Origin: an uncultured Elusimicrobia bacterium
Lineage (GTDB): Bacteria > Elusimicrobiota > Elusimicrobia > 2-01-FULL-59-12
Assembly (NCBI GenBank): GCA_963702895.1
Contig: OY969767.1
Span: forward strand, 1 to 64,000
Direction: 5' to 3'
Length of the DNA: 64,000 bases
Positions 27,919-37,600 of the stretch are shown here, piece after piece. How positions within the stretch are numbered: the stretch's first letter is position 1; every line of letters starts with the position of its first letter. The position numbers were made by a program, and so were the translations under genes. A model generated the notes under the pieces. It did no database searches. It saw nothing but the letters and a program-made list of their open reading frames with translations, and was not told where the DNA came from.

Positions 27919-28078
27919 TTTCGGTAACCCCGCTAGCCTCGATGTTCTGGGCGGCCCGGAGTCCGCCACACTTCTGGCGGACGATGCATTCGCATCGGCT
28001 TTGCGTCCCCGTCTTACGACGCACGCCACACTTCTGGCGCGTCCGCCGGTCTTCTGGCGGAGGTTTGCCTTTGTCGCT
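27919..28078 (-). ncRNA. c-di-GMP-I (GEMM) riboswitch interrupted by two hairpin-pair insertions
   Basis: Minus strand reads GGCAAACC[40 nt]CGTC-GTAA-GACG-GG-GACGCAAAGCC[36 nt]TCCGG-GCC..GGC-TAGCGGGGTTACCGAA. This matches the class-I consensus once 28022-28061 and 27961-27996 are removed. Confidence 0.85.
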
Positions 28079-28127
28079 TTTTGGCCCCGTCTCCCCGAGA
28101 GTCCGAGGAGAACTATGCTACGGTCTG

Positions 28128-28155
28128 AGTATAAGGAAACGACACGTTATTGCCA
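28128..28155 (-). promoter_or_regulatory. Candidate promoter for the riboswitch/porV-like transcript
   Basis: TGGCAA (28155-28150), 16 bp, TATACT (28133-28128). Confidence 0.4.
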
Positions 28156-28348
28156 CTTATTTCCAGTGGTGGTTAAGCAATGTGTCGAAAAAACGATAGG
28201 AATGTGGGGTTATAAAGAACTGGCTGATTTTGCGATTCGAAATGAAACCGACATGTTAAATCTTCTATTTTCCCCCACCTCAACGATTTGTAAATGATTT
28301 AAAACGTGCCCGAGACCATGGGGATGAGGGCTATGGAGCGGATGGATC

Positions 28349-31300
28349 TTAGTGGATAACACCAATCTTGCGGATGACGGTCGACGATCCTTTGGCTCCT
28401 CCCACCTTAATTTGTGCGAGGTAACCACCTTTGGCGACTTTCTGGCCGGATTCATTCGTGCCATCCCATCCTTCAGGAGGAACCGTGTTCGGGCCCTGTT
28501 GGCCGCCCGGAGAGCCTGAGGGGAAGCTCCAGCTGATGACACGGTAACCCAAGAGATCGTAGACGACGATATCCACCTGGGCGTCGGAGGCGAGCAGATA
28601 AGTAATAAAGGTCCGGCCTTCCACCCCGCCCTTGCGTGTATCGACCGGGTTGGGATAATTCGACACTTCCGAAATGATTTCTTGCGGAAGGCCTGTGTCA
28701 ATCGTCGTCGAGAGTGTGGACCATTCGCTCGTCGAGCCCGCGCGATTGATGGATTGGATCTGATAGCGGTAGAAGTGGCCTGCCGCGCGAGCAGCGCCCG
28801 TCTCACCGTTTAAGAATTGCAGCGGGCTTGTGGTCCCCAGGGAGGCCATCGGGGCGGCTCCAATGCGAGAAGGCGCGCCGCCCACCTGCCCGCTGCCGAA
28901 GGTGAAACTCGGCGTGGAGGTCTGCAGGATTTCGACCGGCACAGGGTTGTTGTCGGTGAACTGGCGCACGCGATAACCGAAGAGACCGGAGGGCCCCACC
29001 GTTTCCGACGGTGTCCACTGGACCGTGATGACACCTGAAAGAGCGGAGACAGGGAGATTCAAGAACGACCCTGGCGGCTCAGGTTTGCTGACGTCCACAT
29101 GGACCACGCCGACTTTGACGGGCGAAGGCGGAAGGGCCAGTCCATTGATGGTCGCCAGCGTTCGGACGTGGAAGTAATAGATGGCGCCGTCTGAGAGCCC
29201 AAGCCCCGTGAGGGTCAAGGGCGGCGGCGAGGCAAAGTTCACCCAACCGGTCAGCGTCGGAGAAATCGAGGTGCTGCTGGAGGCGCTCACGCCCACTTGA
29301 TAGGAAATGGAAACGTTCGACGGCAGCGGTGTCGAAACCGTCAGGTACCAATCCGCCCTGACTTGGTCCTGTCGATTGACCCAGGCATCCGGGAAGAACG
29401 TTCCCTGCAGCGGTGAAGTGGGATCCGTCGTGAGGTCGGGCCGCATCGTGATCGTGGCGATCTGGATCGTCTGGAAGTTGTAAATTTCGACGAGATTGCT
29501 TCCCAAGGGGTAGACGTTCAGCGGGTCCTGGAGCGCTGTGGAAGGCTGCATCGAGATGGCGGAAGAAGAGCTGATTTCCAAGCCGGCGCGGTGTCCTTGC
29601 GTGGAGGTGGTCGATCCATCGACCGTGTTCATATCGGCGGCGATGAGCAGCGTGCCACCCGACGTATTGAAGGTGACGGGCGAACTCAGCGGAATGATAG
29701 CCGTTCCGCCCAAGAACTGCCCGGGGGCCGTGCCCCAGTTGAGGGAGCCGACCAGGGGGTCCGTCGCGTCGATCTGGGTGTTGAAGTTGGTGTCCCAATA
29801 CACGTAGAGCTTGGAGAAGTCGCCGTCACCGACGACATTGGGCGGTGTGCCAAGGGAATATTGAATGGTTCCCGTTTGCGTGAGCGTCAAGGTCGACAGG
29901 ATAACCTGGTTGATGCTGGGTGTCACCGTGAGGCTCAAGATCGGCACGCGCGACTCGCCCTGCAAAGCCGACTGCGGGGCGAGCGAGGCGGCGCTCACGC
30001 GAACGAGCAGCGGACTGATGGAGATCTGCCGTGAATCGTGCGGGAGATTTCCCGCATCGACCGTGTCCACGCCCGCCGGCACAAAGGACCCGCCAAACCA
30101 GCCGGGATCTTGGATGCTCACGCCCTCGCTGTTGTTGGAGGTGGCGCTGGTCGCGATGTCGTAGGCAATAAAGTAAGTTTGTCCCGTGGGGTTAATGACT
30201 TCAGGTTTATAGAGAGAGAGCGTCGTCGTCTTGGCCGCGGTCCCATTCGGGTCTGGCGTGACATAGGTCCCGGTCGCCAGGAGAACGTCCACCGCGGGGT
30301 CCAGGAGGCCGTTAAAGTTCGCGTCACGATAAAGTTTGATCGCCGCGATGTCCTCATTGGAGCCCTGGGTCTGGATCGCGCCCTGGCCGATGCGCGCGAC
30401 TTTCAGGGTCTTGAGCGTCACAAAGGCGACGGGTGTCTTCAGTGAGAATTTGAGGACCGGCACGTTGCTATCGCCCTGTGTGGCGGAGACCGGGGCGATC
30501 GTATTGTCCGGAGTGAAGGTGACCGTGTCGGCATATTCCGTGATGGAAGACAGCCGCGTGACGAGGGGCGGCGTATTGGCGAGCACCACGATCTTGGGCG
30601 ACACGACGCTAAAAGCCGCTGCGCCAGGGATGGATGCCCCCACGGTCACTTCTTCTCCCGTGTCCTGCGCGCCATCGTTATCGAGATCGCGGTAGGGGGG
30701 AGCGAAGGGATTGATGTCATAGGCCACAAAATAATTCACCCCTGTAAACTTATCGCCAACGTTCGGGACCACCTGCGGCGTGACAAAGGTCATGGTGGTC
30801 CAATTCGATGAGAAATTGTTCGTGCCGTTGGTGACCAGTCCCGGTTTCACGAGGCTGTCGGCGACAAGTGTATCGTTGAGCACGCCGTAGAGGCTTCGCC
30901 CCATGGTATGCGCGGAGGCCGTGGTGCCAAGGAAGCCGCGGGTGAGCCCGGTGAACTTATTCACCCCGTCGTTGGCATCAAACTTAATCAGTTCATTATC
31001 GATGAAGAGCACACCCGGACCTGCCGGGAAAGCGGTGGAAACCACCACCTGAAGACTGTTGTCGGAGGCGGTGATGTTGCTCAGCAAGGTGCTGCGCGGT
31101 GTGGGATTGCCGTCATCAAAGAGGCCGTTGTCGTTGATGTCCTTCCAGAGGTCCACATGCACGACATCCGCGTCGTCCGGGTTGAGTCCTGTCCGCTGGA
31201 CGCTCAGGGACTGCCACAGGACCGTGTTGTTGCTGGCCTTCACATTCACTTTGGCGACGGGCACATTCTGCTGGTTCTGCTGGACCGATGTGGCCAGGAG

Positions 31301-31648
31301 GTCCGTGAAGGTCACCGTCATCGAGTCGACCGTGGCGCCGATGATGTGAGACCCCGTCTGGATCGGGAAGTTTGCGGGGCTGATGCTGTGGATGCCGTCT
31401 CCTGCGGTGAGAGCGCCCACAATCAAGGAGTCCTTGGCCAGCGCGTTGATCGCGAAGACGTCATTGGCCGTCGCCGATGGATTGATATCAGCGGTCACGT
31501 AGAACACACGCGGGGTCGTGCTGACGAGGACGTAACCCGGAGAACCGGCGGCAGGATCGTTGACTGTGATACGCGAGCTGCCGAACTGCATCACGCCGGA
31601 CCCCAGCAAGGTATTGTTGATGCCGACATCCCCCGCGGCCGTGCGCAC
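28349..31648 (-). CDS. C-terminal part of the giant surface protein: Ca-binding-like beta-sandwich modules, FN3-like domains and a T9SS type-A/FlgD-Ig-like terminal domain
   Basis: Same module types as the end of the upstream ORF. No signal peptide. Ends with SNYPNP..ITYLL..VYDLLG..WDGTNESGQKVAKGGY..RKIGVIH. Confidence 0.85.
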   Translation of the reverse strand: MRTAAGDVGINNTLLGSGVMQFGSSRITVNDPAAGSPGYVLVSTTPRVFYVTADINPSATANDVFAINALAKDSLIVGALTAGDGIHSISPANFPIQTGSHIIGATVDSMTVTFTDLLATSVQQNQQNVPVAKVNVKASNNTVLWQSLSVQRTGLNPDDADVVHVDLWKDINDNGLFDDGNPTPRSTLLSNITASDNSLQVVVSTAFPAGPGVLFIDNELIKFDANDGVNKFTGLTRGFLGTTASAHTMGRSLYGVLNDTLVADSLVKPGLVTNGTNNFSSNWTTMTFVTPQVVPNVGDKFTGVNYFVAYDINPFAPPYRDLDNDGAQDTGEEVTVGASIPGAAAFSVVSPKIVVLANTPPLVTRLSSITEYADTVTFTPDNTIAPVSATQGDSNVPVLKFSLKTPVAFVTLKTLKVARIGQGAIQTQGSNEDIAAIKLYRDANFNGLLDPAVDVLLATGTYVTPDPNGTAAKTTTLSLYKPEVINPTGQTYFIAYDIATSATSNNSEGVSIQDPGWFGGSFVPAGVDTVDAGNLPHDSRQISISPLLVRVSAASLAPQSALQGESRVPILSLTVTPSINQVILSTLTLTQTGTIQYSLGTPPNVVGDGDFSKLYVYWDTNFNTQIDATDPLVGSLNWGTAPGQFLGGTAIIPLSSPVTFNTSGGTLLIAADMNTVDGSTTSTQGHRAGLEISSSSAISMQPSTALQDPLNVYPLGSNLVEIYNFQTIQIATITMRPDLTTDPTSPLQGTFFPDAWVNRQDQVRADWYLTVSTPLPSNVSISYQVGVSASSSTSISPTLTGWVNFASPPPLTLTGLGLSDGAIYYFHVRTLATINGLALPPSPVKVGVVHVDVSKPEPPGSFLNLPVSALSGVITVQWTPSETVGPSGLFGYRVRQFTDNNPVPVEILQTSTPSFTFGSGQVGGAPSRIGAAPMASLGTTSPLQFLNGETGAARAAGHFYRYQIQSINRAGSTSEWSTLSTTIDTGLPQEIISEVSNYPNPVDTRKGGVEGRTFITYLLASDAQVDIVVYDLLGYRVISWSFPSGSPGGQQGPNTVPPEGWDGTNESGQKVAKGGYLAQIKVGGAKGSSTVIRKIGVIH

Positions 31649-34600
31649 AAAGGATCCCCGCTGTAGACCTTGAGACTGCTCAAGTCGGAATCAGCGCCCG
31701 TCATGCCGCCCGGGACGGCCCTGCCGAGATCGAGCGAGAACCAGCGGATGTTGAAGTTGGTCTCATCGTAGAGGGTGAGTTTCATCACGGCGACATTGCG
31801 CATGCCCTGCGTATAGCTCACGCCCACATAGTTGGGCGCCTCCACATTGTTGATGAGAGTGAAGGTGGAGTGGCTGGGCGGGCTCAAGGGGTCACAGCTG
31901 CTCGTGACGCAGCGCGCGACCGTATTGAGGACATTGGCGGTGATGCTCTGATAGGAGATCGCCTCGCCATCGATCACGAGCATCCCCGACGACGGAAGCC
32001 CGTTGGTGGTGTCGAGCGTCACAGAGTTATCGGCCGGCTGGATGGGGGCCAGGAGGCGCGGAAGAGGATAGCTGCCTGTGTCATTCGAGAAGTAATATTC
32101 CTTGTCGACGTGCAGGGTCTGCGGGCTGGGGATAATGGTGCGCAGCTTGGAGGCCGCGGGGATGTTCGTACTGGAGGAGACATTGGGTGCTGAGACGCCG
32201 ATATAGGTGGCGGATGTGACGGAAACGCCAAGCGTCATTTGAGGATTGGCTAAGGTGGCAATATCAAAGGTCACAAAATAGTTGTTTAAGTTGCGGGCTT
32301 GCGTATCAATTTTGAGCGGACCGGTGGTCAAATCGTTCAGGTCCGAGCTGTACGTGGTCGTATCGAAAACGATCTTGGCAAGCCCCGCGGCCGGATTTCC
32401 GAAGACGCCTGTGCCGATGGGCGGCGCGTCAGCGACCGCGTTAAAGAGCCCGGTCCCCAGCTTGTCGACCCAGATCTTGATCCTGGCCACATCCGCGTCG
32501 CTGGAGGTCCCCGTACGGGCAAAAGTTATATTCTGCAGAGCGGCCCGGGCTTTGTCGGTCTTCAGGCTGAAGCGCATGATCACTTGATTGGTGCTCCCCT
32601 GCTGCAAGGAATCCGGTGTGATCGTGATCGGAACGTCCGTCGAGGTCAAGACCACATAGTCGGCGTACTCGAGGATGTTCGAGATATAGGAGACCGATTG
32701 TCCCCCGACGGAAGGCAGCCCAATATTTCCGGAATAGTTCCCAACGGTCTTGGGAGCTTCCACGACGAAGTACGTGGTGGAACGAATTTCGGCGCCGAGC
32801 GAAGCGACCGTATTGACCTGCGCCAATTCGTTGATGTCATAGGTGAGGAAATAGACCTCGGGCGTGGCGCCGAGCGCCTGGCCGCTCAGGAAGCCCTGCG
32901 GGTCGATGATGGACATGTAGGCCTGTCCTTCGACGACGCTCCCAACCAGATGCGATGAGATCGTTGTGCCATCGATGCCGCGCGTGACCCCGGTGAGCTC
33001 GTTGTTCGTCGCGTCAAGTCCTGCGTAGGTCATCATTTCGCTCCCAATATTGAAGCGGCCCGGAGCGGGTGGGAATACAAAGGCGTTGGACACATGCACG
33101 ATATCCGTCGAAAGGTCCACGCTTTGGGTGAGGACCGCTTGTGCAAAAGTGTTGGTTTGGTTCGAGTTCGTCACTTGGATGTCGGTGGCCACATCGAAGA
33201 TGCCGTTGCTGTTGCTGTCGAGATAGAGTCGGATGGCCTCCACGTCCCGCGCCTTGTTGAGCCCGTTGGGATTGCCTCGGTCCAGACGCAGGTGCGTGAG
33301 AATCGCCGTATTGACGACGCCGCCACCGGAGGGGTTTCTCGCCTGCAGGGTCATTTTCATGATCGGTACGTTTTGATTGCCTTGGGTGGCGACGGCCGGG
33401 ACCGAGAAGCCGCCCGCGGGGTCGTTGACGCGCGACAGGTCCAACTGATCGTTGGAGGGGTTCACCGTGATGGTGGAGGAATTGATTTGCGCAAACGACG
33501 CGACCTGTCCATCGGTCGGGAAGATGTCCGACGGACCGCGCACGCTCATCCCCTGGCTGGCCTGCACGGCCGCGGGGCTGATGTCATACGTCAGGAAGAC
33601 GTAGCTGGTGGTGGGCGTGACGATGAGATTCGAGGTCAAAGTCACCGTCGATTCCTGATTGACGAAAGGTGTCACGCCCGAAATCAGCGCGTCGATCGAA
33701 GACTCGAGCGTTCCGTTGCCGTTGACGTCCTGGTAAATCTTGACCCCCGTGATATCAAAATCGTTGCCGGTGCCGGAGCGCGTCACGCGGATCTTGTTGA
33801 CCACGCCCTGGAAGGCATCGGTCCACATCGCCAGCCGCAAGAAGCCCGCCGCCGTTACGCCCTGAATTAAGTTGTTTTGCTGAGCAAGACCCGAGCCGGG
33901 GTTCCACCAAGCGGCGATGTCTTGCCCCTGGACGCGGATATTCGCGGGCTGGCGAACCACGGGTGAGGTGCTGGTCAGCATTTGGAAGTTATTGCTCGCC
34001 ACGCCCAGCCCTGAGACCGTGATCTGGGTCGGATCGGTGATTTTAAGTCCCAGGTTGGCGGGCAGCGGGGTGACGGTGGAGCTCGAGATACGTACGGCCA
34101 CGAAGAGGTTTTTCTGCTGAATGGCGGTCACGGTCAGATTAAGGTTGGAGAAGGTGGCGACACCGCTCACAAACGTCGCCGTGGTCAAGACCTGATCATA
34201 CGTCGGCAGGCCGCCATAAGAGGTTTCGGGATCCATGACGCCGTCACCGTTGGCATCATAAACCAGCTCCAGCTCCGAGATATCGGAATCACCCAGAACT
34301 CCAGACACGGTTTGTTTGGCCACACGGATCTGCGAGACGACGGTGCTTGAGGAATACGTGGGCGGCAAGAGCGCTAAACTCAGGCGTATCATGGGGACCG
34401 GGATAAAGTCGGTGGGCAAGCTCCCGTTTCCTTGGGCAATGCTCGTCTTGCCTTGCCACGGTGTGCCGACCAGGGCCAATTGTTTGGCGGCGTAGGTCGG
34501 GTGTGCCGGGGAAACGGGAGCTAGGTCGACGGGTGTGACCACAATCCCGGCTGTCACGACATCGCCAAGAGAATTCACCGGGATGGTCCGTGCGATATCG

Positions 34601-37600
34601 TTTGTCCAGCCGCGGACCAGGGTCTCCGACGAATCGAAGGAGTTGTTGCCGGGGACCAACGCCGGCACCGGCGTCGCGTAGTCGGTGGCCCTCACTTGCA
34701 GGGTCTCCTGGATGCTGTCGCTGATGAGAAGATTGCCGTAGACGCCGCGATCGGCGAGCGTAAAGGTGTAGGTGCTAATCGGCGTCGCGGGCGCGGAGGC
34801 GTCCGCCAGGAAGACCGTGTCCGTGGAACCGCTCGTCGTGAAATGAATGCTTCCGGTGTAGTATTGGCCGTTCTTCGGGTCGCCTGTGGCGACGTTCCCG
34901 AATTGGTCGCGCGCCGAGAAGGTGCCGAAAGGCAAGAGCGTGTTCACAGGGAGCGGCGTTGCCGCGACATGCGCGGTCTCAATGGTGATATACGATGCCG
35001 GCGCTGGAGAGATAAAGTGGGTGATGCGGGCGTCCGCCAGGACGTTCGCGTTGTCGTGGGCGACCATCGTGTGCGTCCCCTGGATCATGTCGTAGTAATA
35101 CATGCTGACTTGGGAGGAACCGCTGGTGAGCGGCACCGGCAGCACACTCGGAGCGCCTCCCGAAATATTGACGAAGGTATTCAGGTTGGCCGGGCTGATG
35201 CCACCGCGGGCGCCGCTGGAAGGCAGCGTGGAGGTCGCGTTATCGATATAGAACGCGATGACGGTGTTGCTCGAGACGGGCGAGACATTGCCGAACGCGT
35301 CTCTCGTCTGCGCCGTGATGACCGTCGTGGTCGGAGCGCCCACGAGGTAATTGGGCTCGTACTGGACCGTGGTGCCTGCAATCAGGTAGCGCGATGGCGT
35401 GATGAAGGCCAGCTGGCTGGGCGGTGCGGCCTGGACCGTGTAAGTTGAGGTCGCCGAGCCCCATCCGGAGCCCGACTTGGACACGGTCACTTGATGATTG
35501 CCCGCGAGCGTATCCACCATATAAAAGGTTGTTGTGCTTTGGCCTACAGCAAGAAGCGCCGTGCCCGTCCCCGAGCTATAGGAACTCGTGCTGTAGGGTG
35601 TCATGAATTTGAGAGTGCCGGTCGAACTGGAGGACAGGTCGAAAGCCGCCGTGGGCCCGCCAAAATCTCCGGTTAAAATCGGTGAGGGGTTGCCGTAAAT
35701 GTCCTGCGTGGCCATGGTGAAGACTTGGCTCGTCGTCCCCGCGACGAGCGTCGAGGGCGCCGTCAAGAAGCCGAGGTTATAGATGGAGCTAGGAACAATG
35801 TTGACCGGCTGGGAAGCCGTGCTCCACGACACGCCATTCACCCACGCGGAAATCCGTGGACTTGAAGAAGGAACAGCGTAATTCACACTGGCATGGGTGT
35901 CCAGATAGTAGAAGGTCGCGCCCCAAAGTCCGGAGTTAATGACGATCGAGGTCGTCGAGGCCTGGAAGCCAGGCGCTGTAGGAGGTGGCGGTGGCAGGAT
36001 CGCGGTCGACGCCGAAAAGCCGTACGCGTCAAAAGAAGAAGACGCCACGCGGTTGCTGAGGAGCTGAACGGTCATGGAGGAAGCCGTCGGTGTGGGGTTC
36101 CCGTAGGTGTCCTGCATTTGTACATTAAACGCGGAGAGGTTGAGGTCTCCCGTCGGATGCAGTGGAAGTCCCGCCTGGAGGGTCCTGGCGGGCGTGTGGA
36201 AGGCCATTTTGGCCGTAACACCAGGATTTACGATCAGGTTGTACGGTATGCGGATATTGGCGTTGCTGTAGCTTGATCCCACATACGCCTGGAGGATCCA
36301 CGTGCCCAGTCGTCCATCTTCCTGTGGGGTCGAGGACATCTTGTCAAAATAGACAAACGATTTTTGAGATTCCCCGCCCGTGAAGCTCACACCCGAGATC
36401 GGCGTTCCCCCTGCTGTCTGGAATTCAAAGTCATGGCTGGACGACGAAAAGCCACGGCCGGCATGCGTCGCGACTTGGCTGTTCGCCGAGTAATCCAGCG
36501 AGACATTGAGGTTCGCGAGGGTCGTGGGGTTGTCAAAGTCGTCGCGGCGCTCCATCACAAAGGGCGTCAGGGACGAAGCGAGCGTCCCGGCGGTTTGTGA
36601 GACAGGCGCGGAGAGATACGCCAGCTTGCTCGTCGTACCGCCGGTGGTGGTCATGCGCCCGGAGGTGTTCGAAACCAAGAGCGCGCCGACGGTCGCGGAG
36701 AACCGAACTTGGGATGAATCTCCTGCTTTGGATGAGACGTAGTAATAGAGTCCCGAGGAGACGCCGATGGTGCCGCTCGAGTCGGTGACAACGCTGCCGA
36801 TGGGAACAGGCGGTGTCGAGGAGGAGGCGGTCACGCTCGCGGAAAGGGTCCCCGTAGCGCCGACCACGCCAAAGGTGGAAAGGGTCACCACGATGCCGGC
36901 GCTTGAAGCGTAGTTGTTATAGGAGTCCGCGAGCTTGGCAAAGATCGGGTAGCTTCCCAAGGAGCTTAAGGACCCTGCGGGGACATTCACGTCCGCGGCC
37001 GGGCCCACCACAAACTGCGAGGGGTCACCCGCGGTGATGGTTAAGTAGGGTCGTGTCGAGTACACCACGCCACCACTTCCCCATCCCCTCTCGGAGGTGA
37101 TGTTGATGGGGTCGGAGGTGTCATAAGCCTTGATCCAGCGACTCCCGGCCGCGTACAGAGAGAAATAGTTCGTCAGGCAAATTTGTCCCGCGCCCGAGAT
37201 GAGGTTATAGTTTGTCGTCCCGGGCAACCAAGCGGGATTCTGGGCCGAATCCGTAAGTCCGCCGTTCGAGGTTGTTTGCGCGTCAAAGGAAATCGAGGTC
37301 TGCGTCACCGGGTCGGTATAGGGGCCTGTCGACATCACGTTATGGTACTGGTCATGCATGACGACGCATCCCGAGAACGGCTGCCCAGCGATGGCGGAGG
37401 CAGGATAGTTTGTGAAATGGACGTGATGCTTTTGGCCTGGGTAGACAGGAATGGCGGAACTCGTGCCCGAATTCACGCTCTGAGGCGACGTCGGTGTCGT
37501 TGAGGCTGTGATCATGAAGCTGGCCTGCGCGGAACTTGGCTTCACCGTAAAGTTGAGATACCCCTGGCCCGGCAGAAGTGAACTGGGATTGCCGGGTGAG

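Noticed and set aside
27913..28029. 39-codon N-terminal extension of the PorV-like ORF
   Set aside because: It runs through the riboswitch; ATG 27912 just after the aptamer is the better start.
27919..28078. cGAMP-sensing (GEMM-Ib) variant
   Set aside because: The discriminating position is G (GGCAAACC), as in c-di-GMP binders, despite the GTAA tetraloop.
28115..28297. 60-codon plus-strand ORF with GAGGAG upstream
   Set aside because: The apparent RBS is part of a hairpin, the ORF overlaps the likely minus-strand promoter region, and the product has no recognisable features. Not fully excluded.
31640..31665. Programmed -1 ribosomal frameshift site
   Set aside because: No canonical X XXY YYZ slippery heptamer; a one-base indel is simpler.
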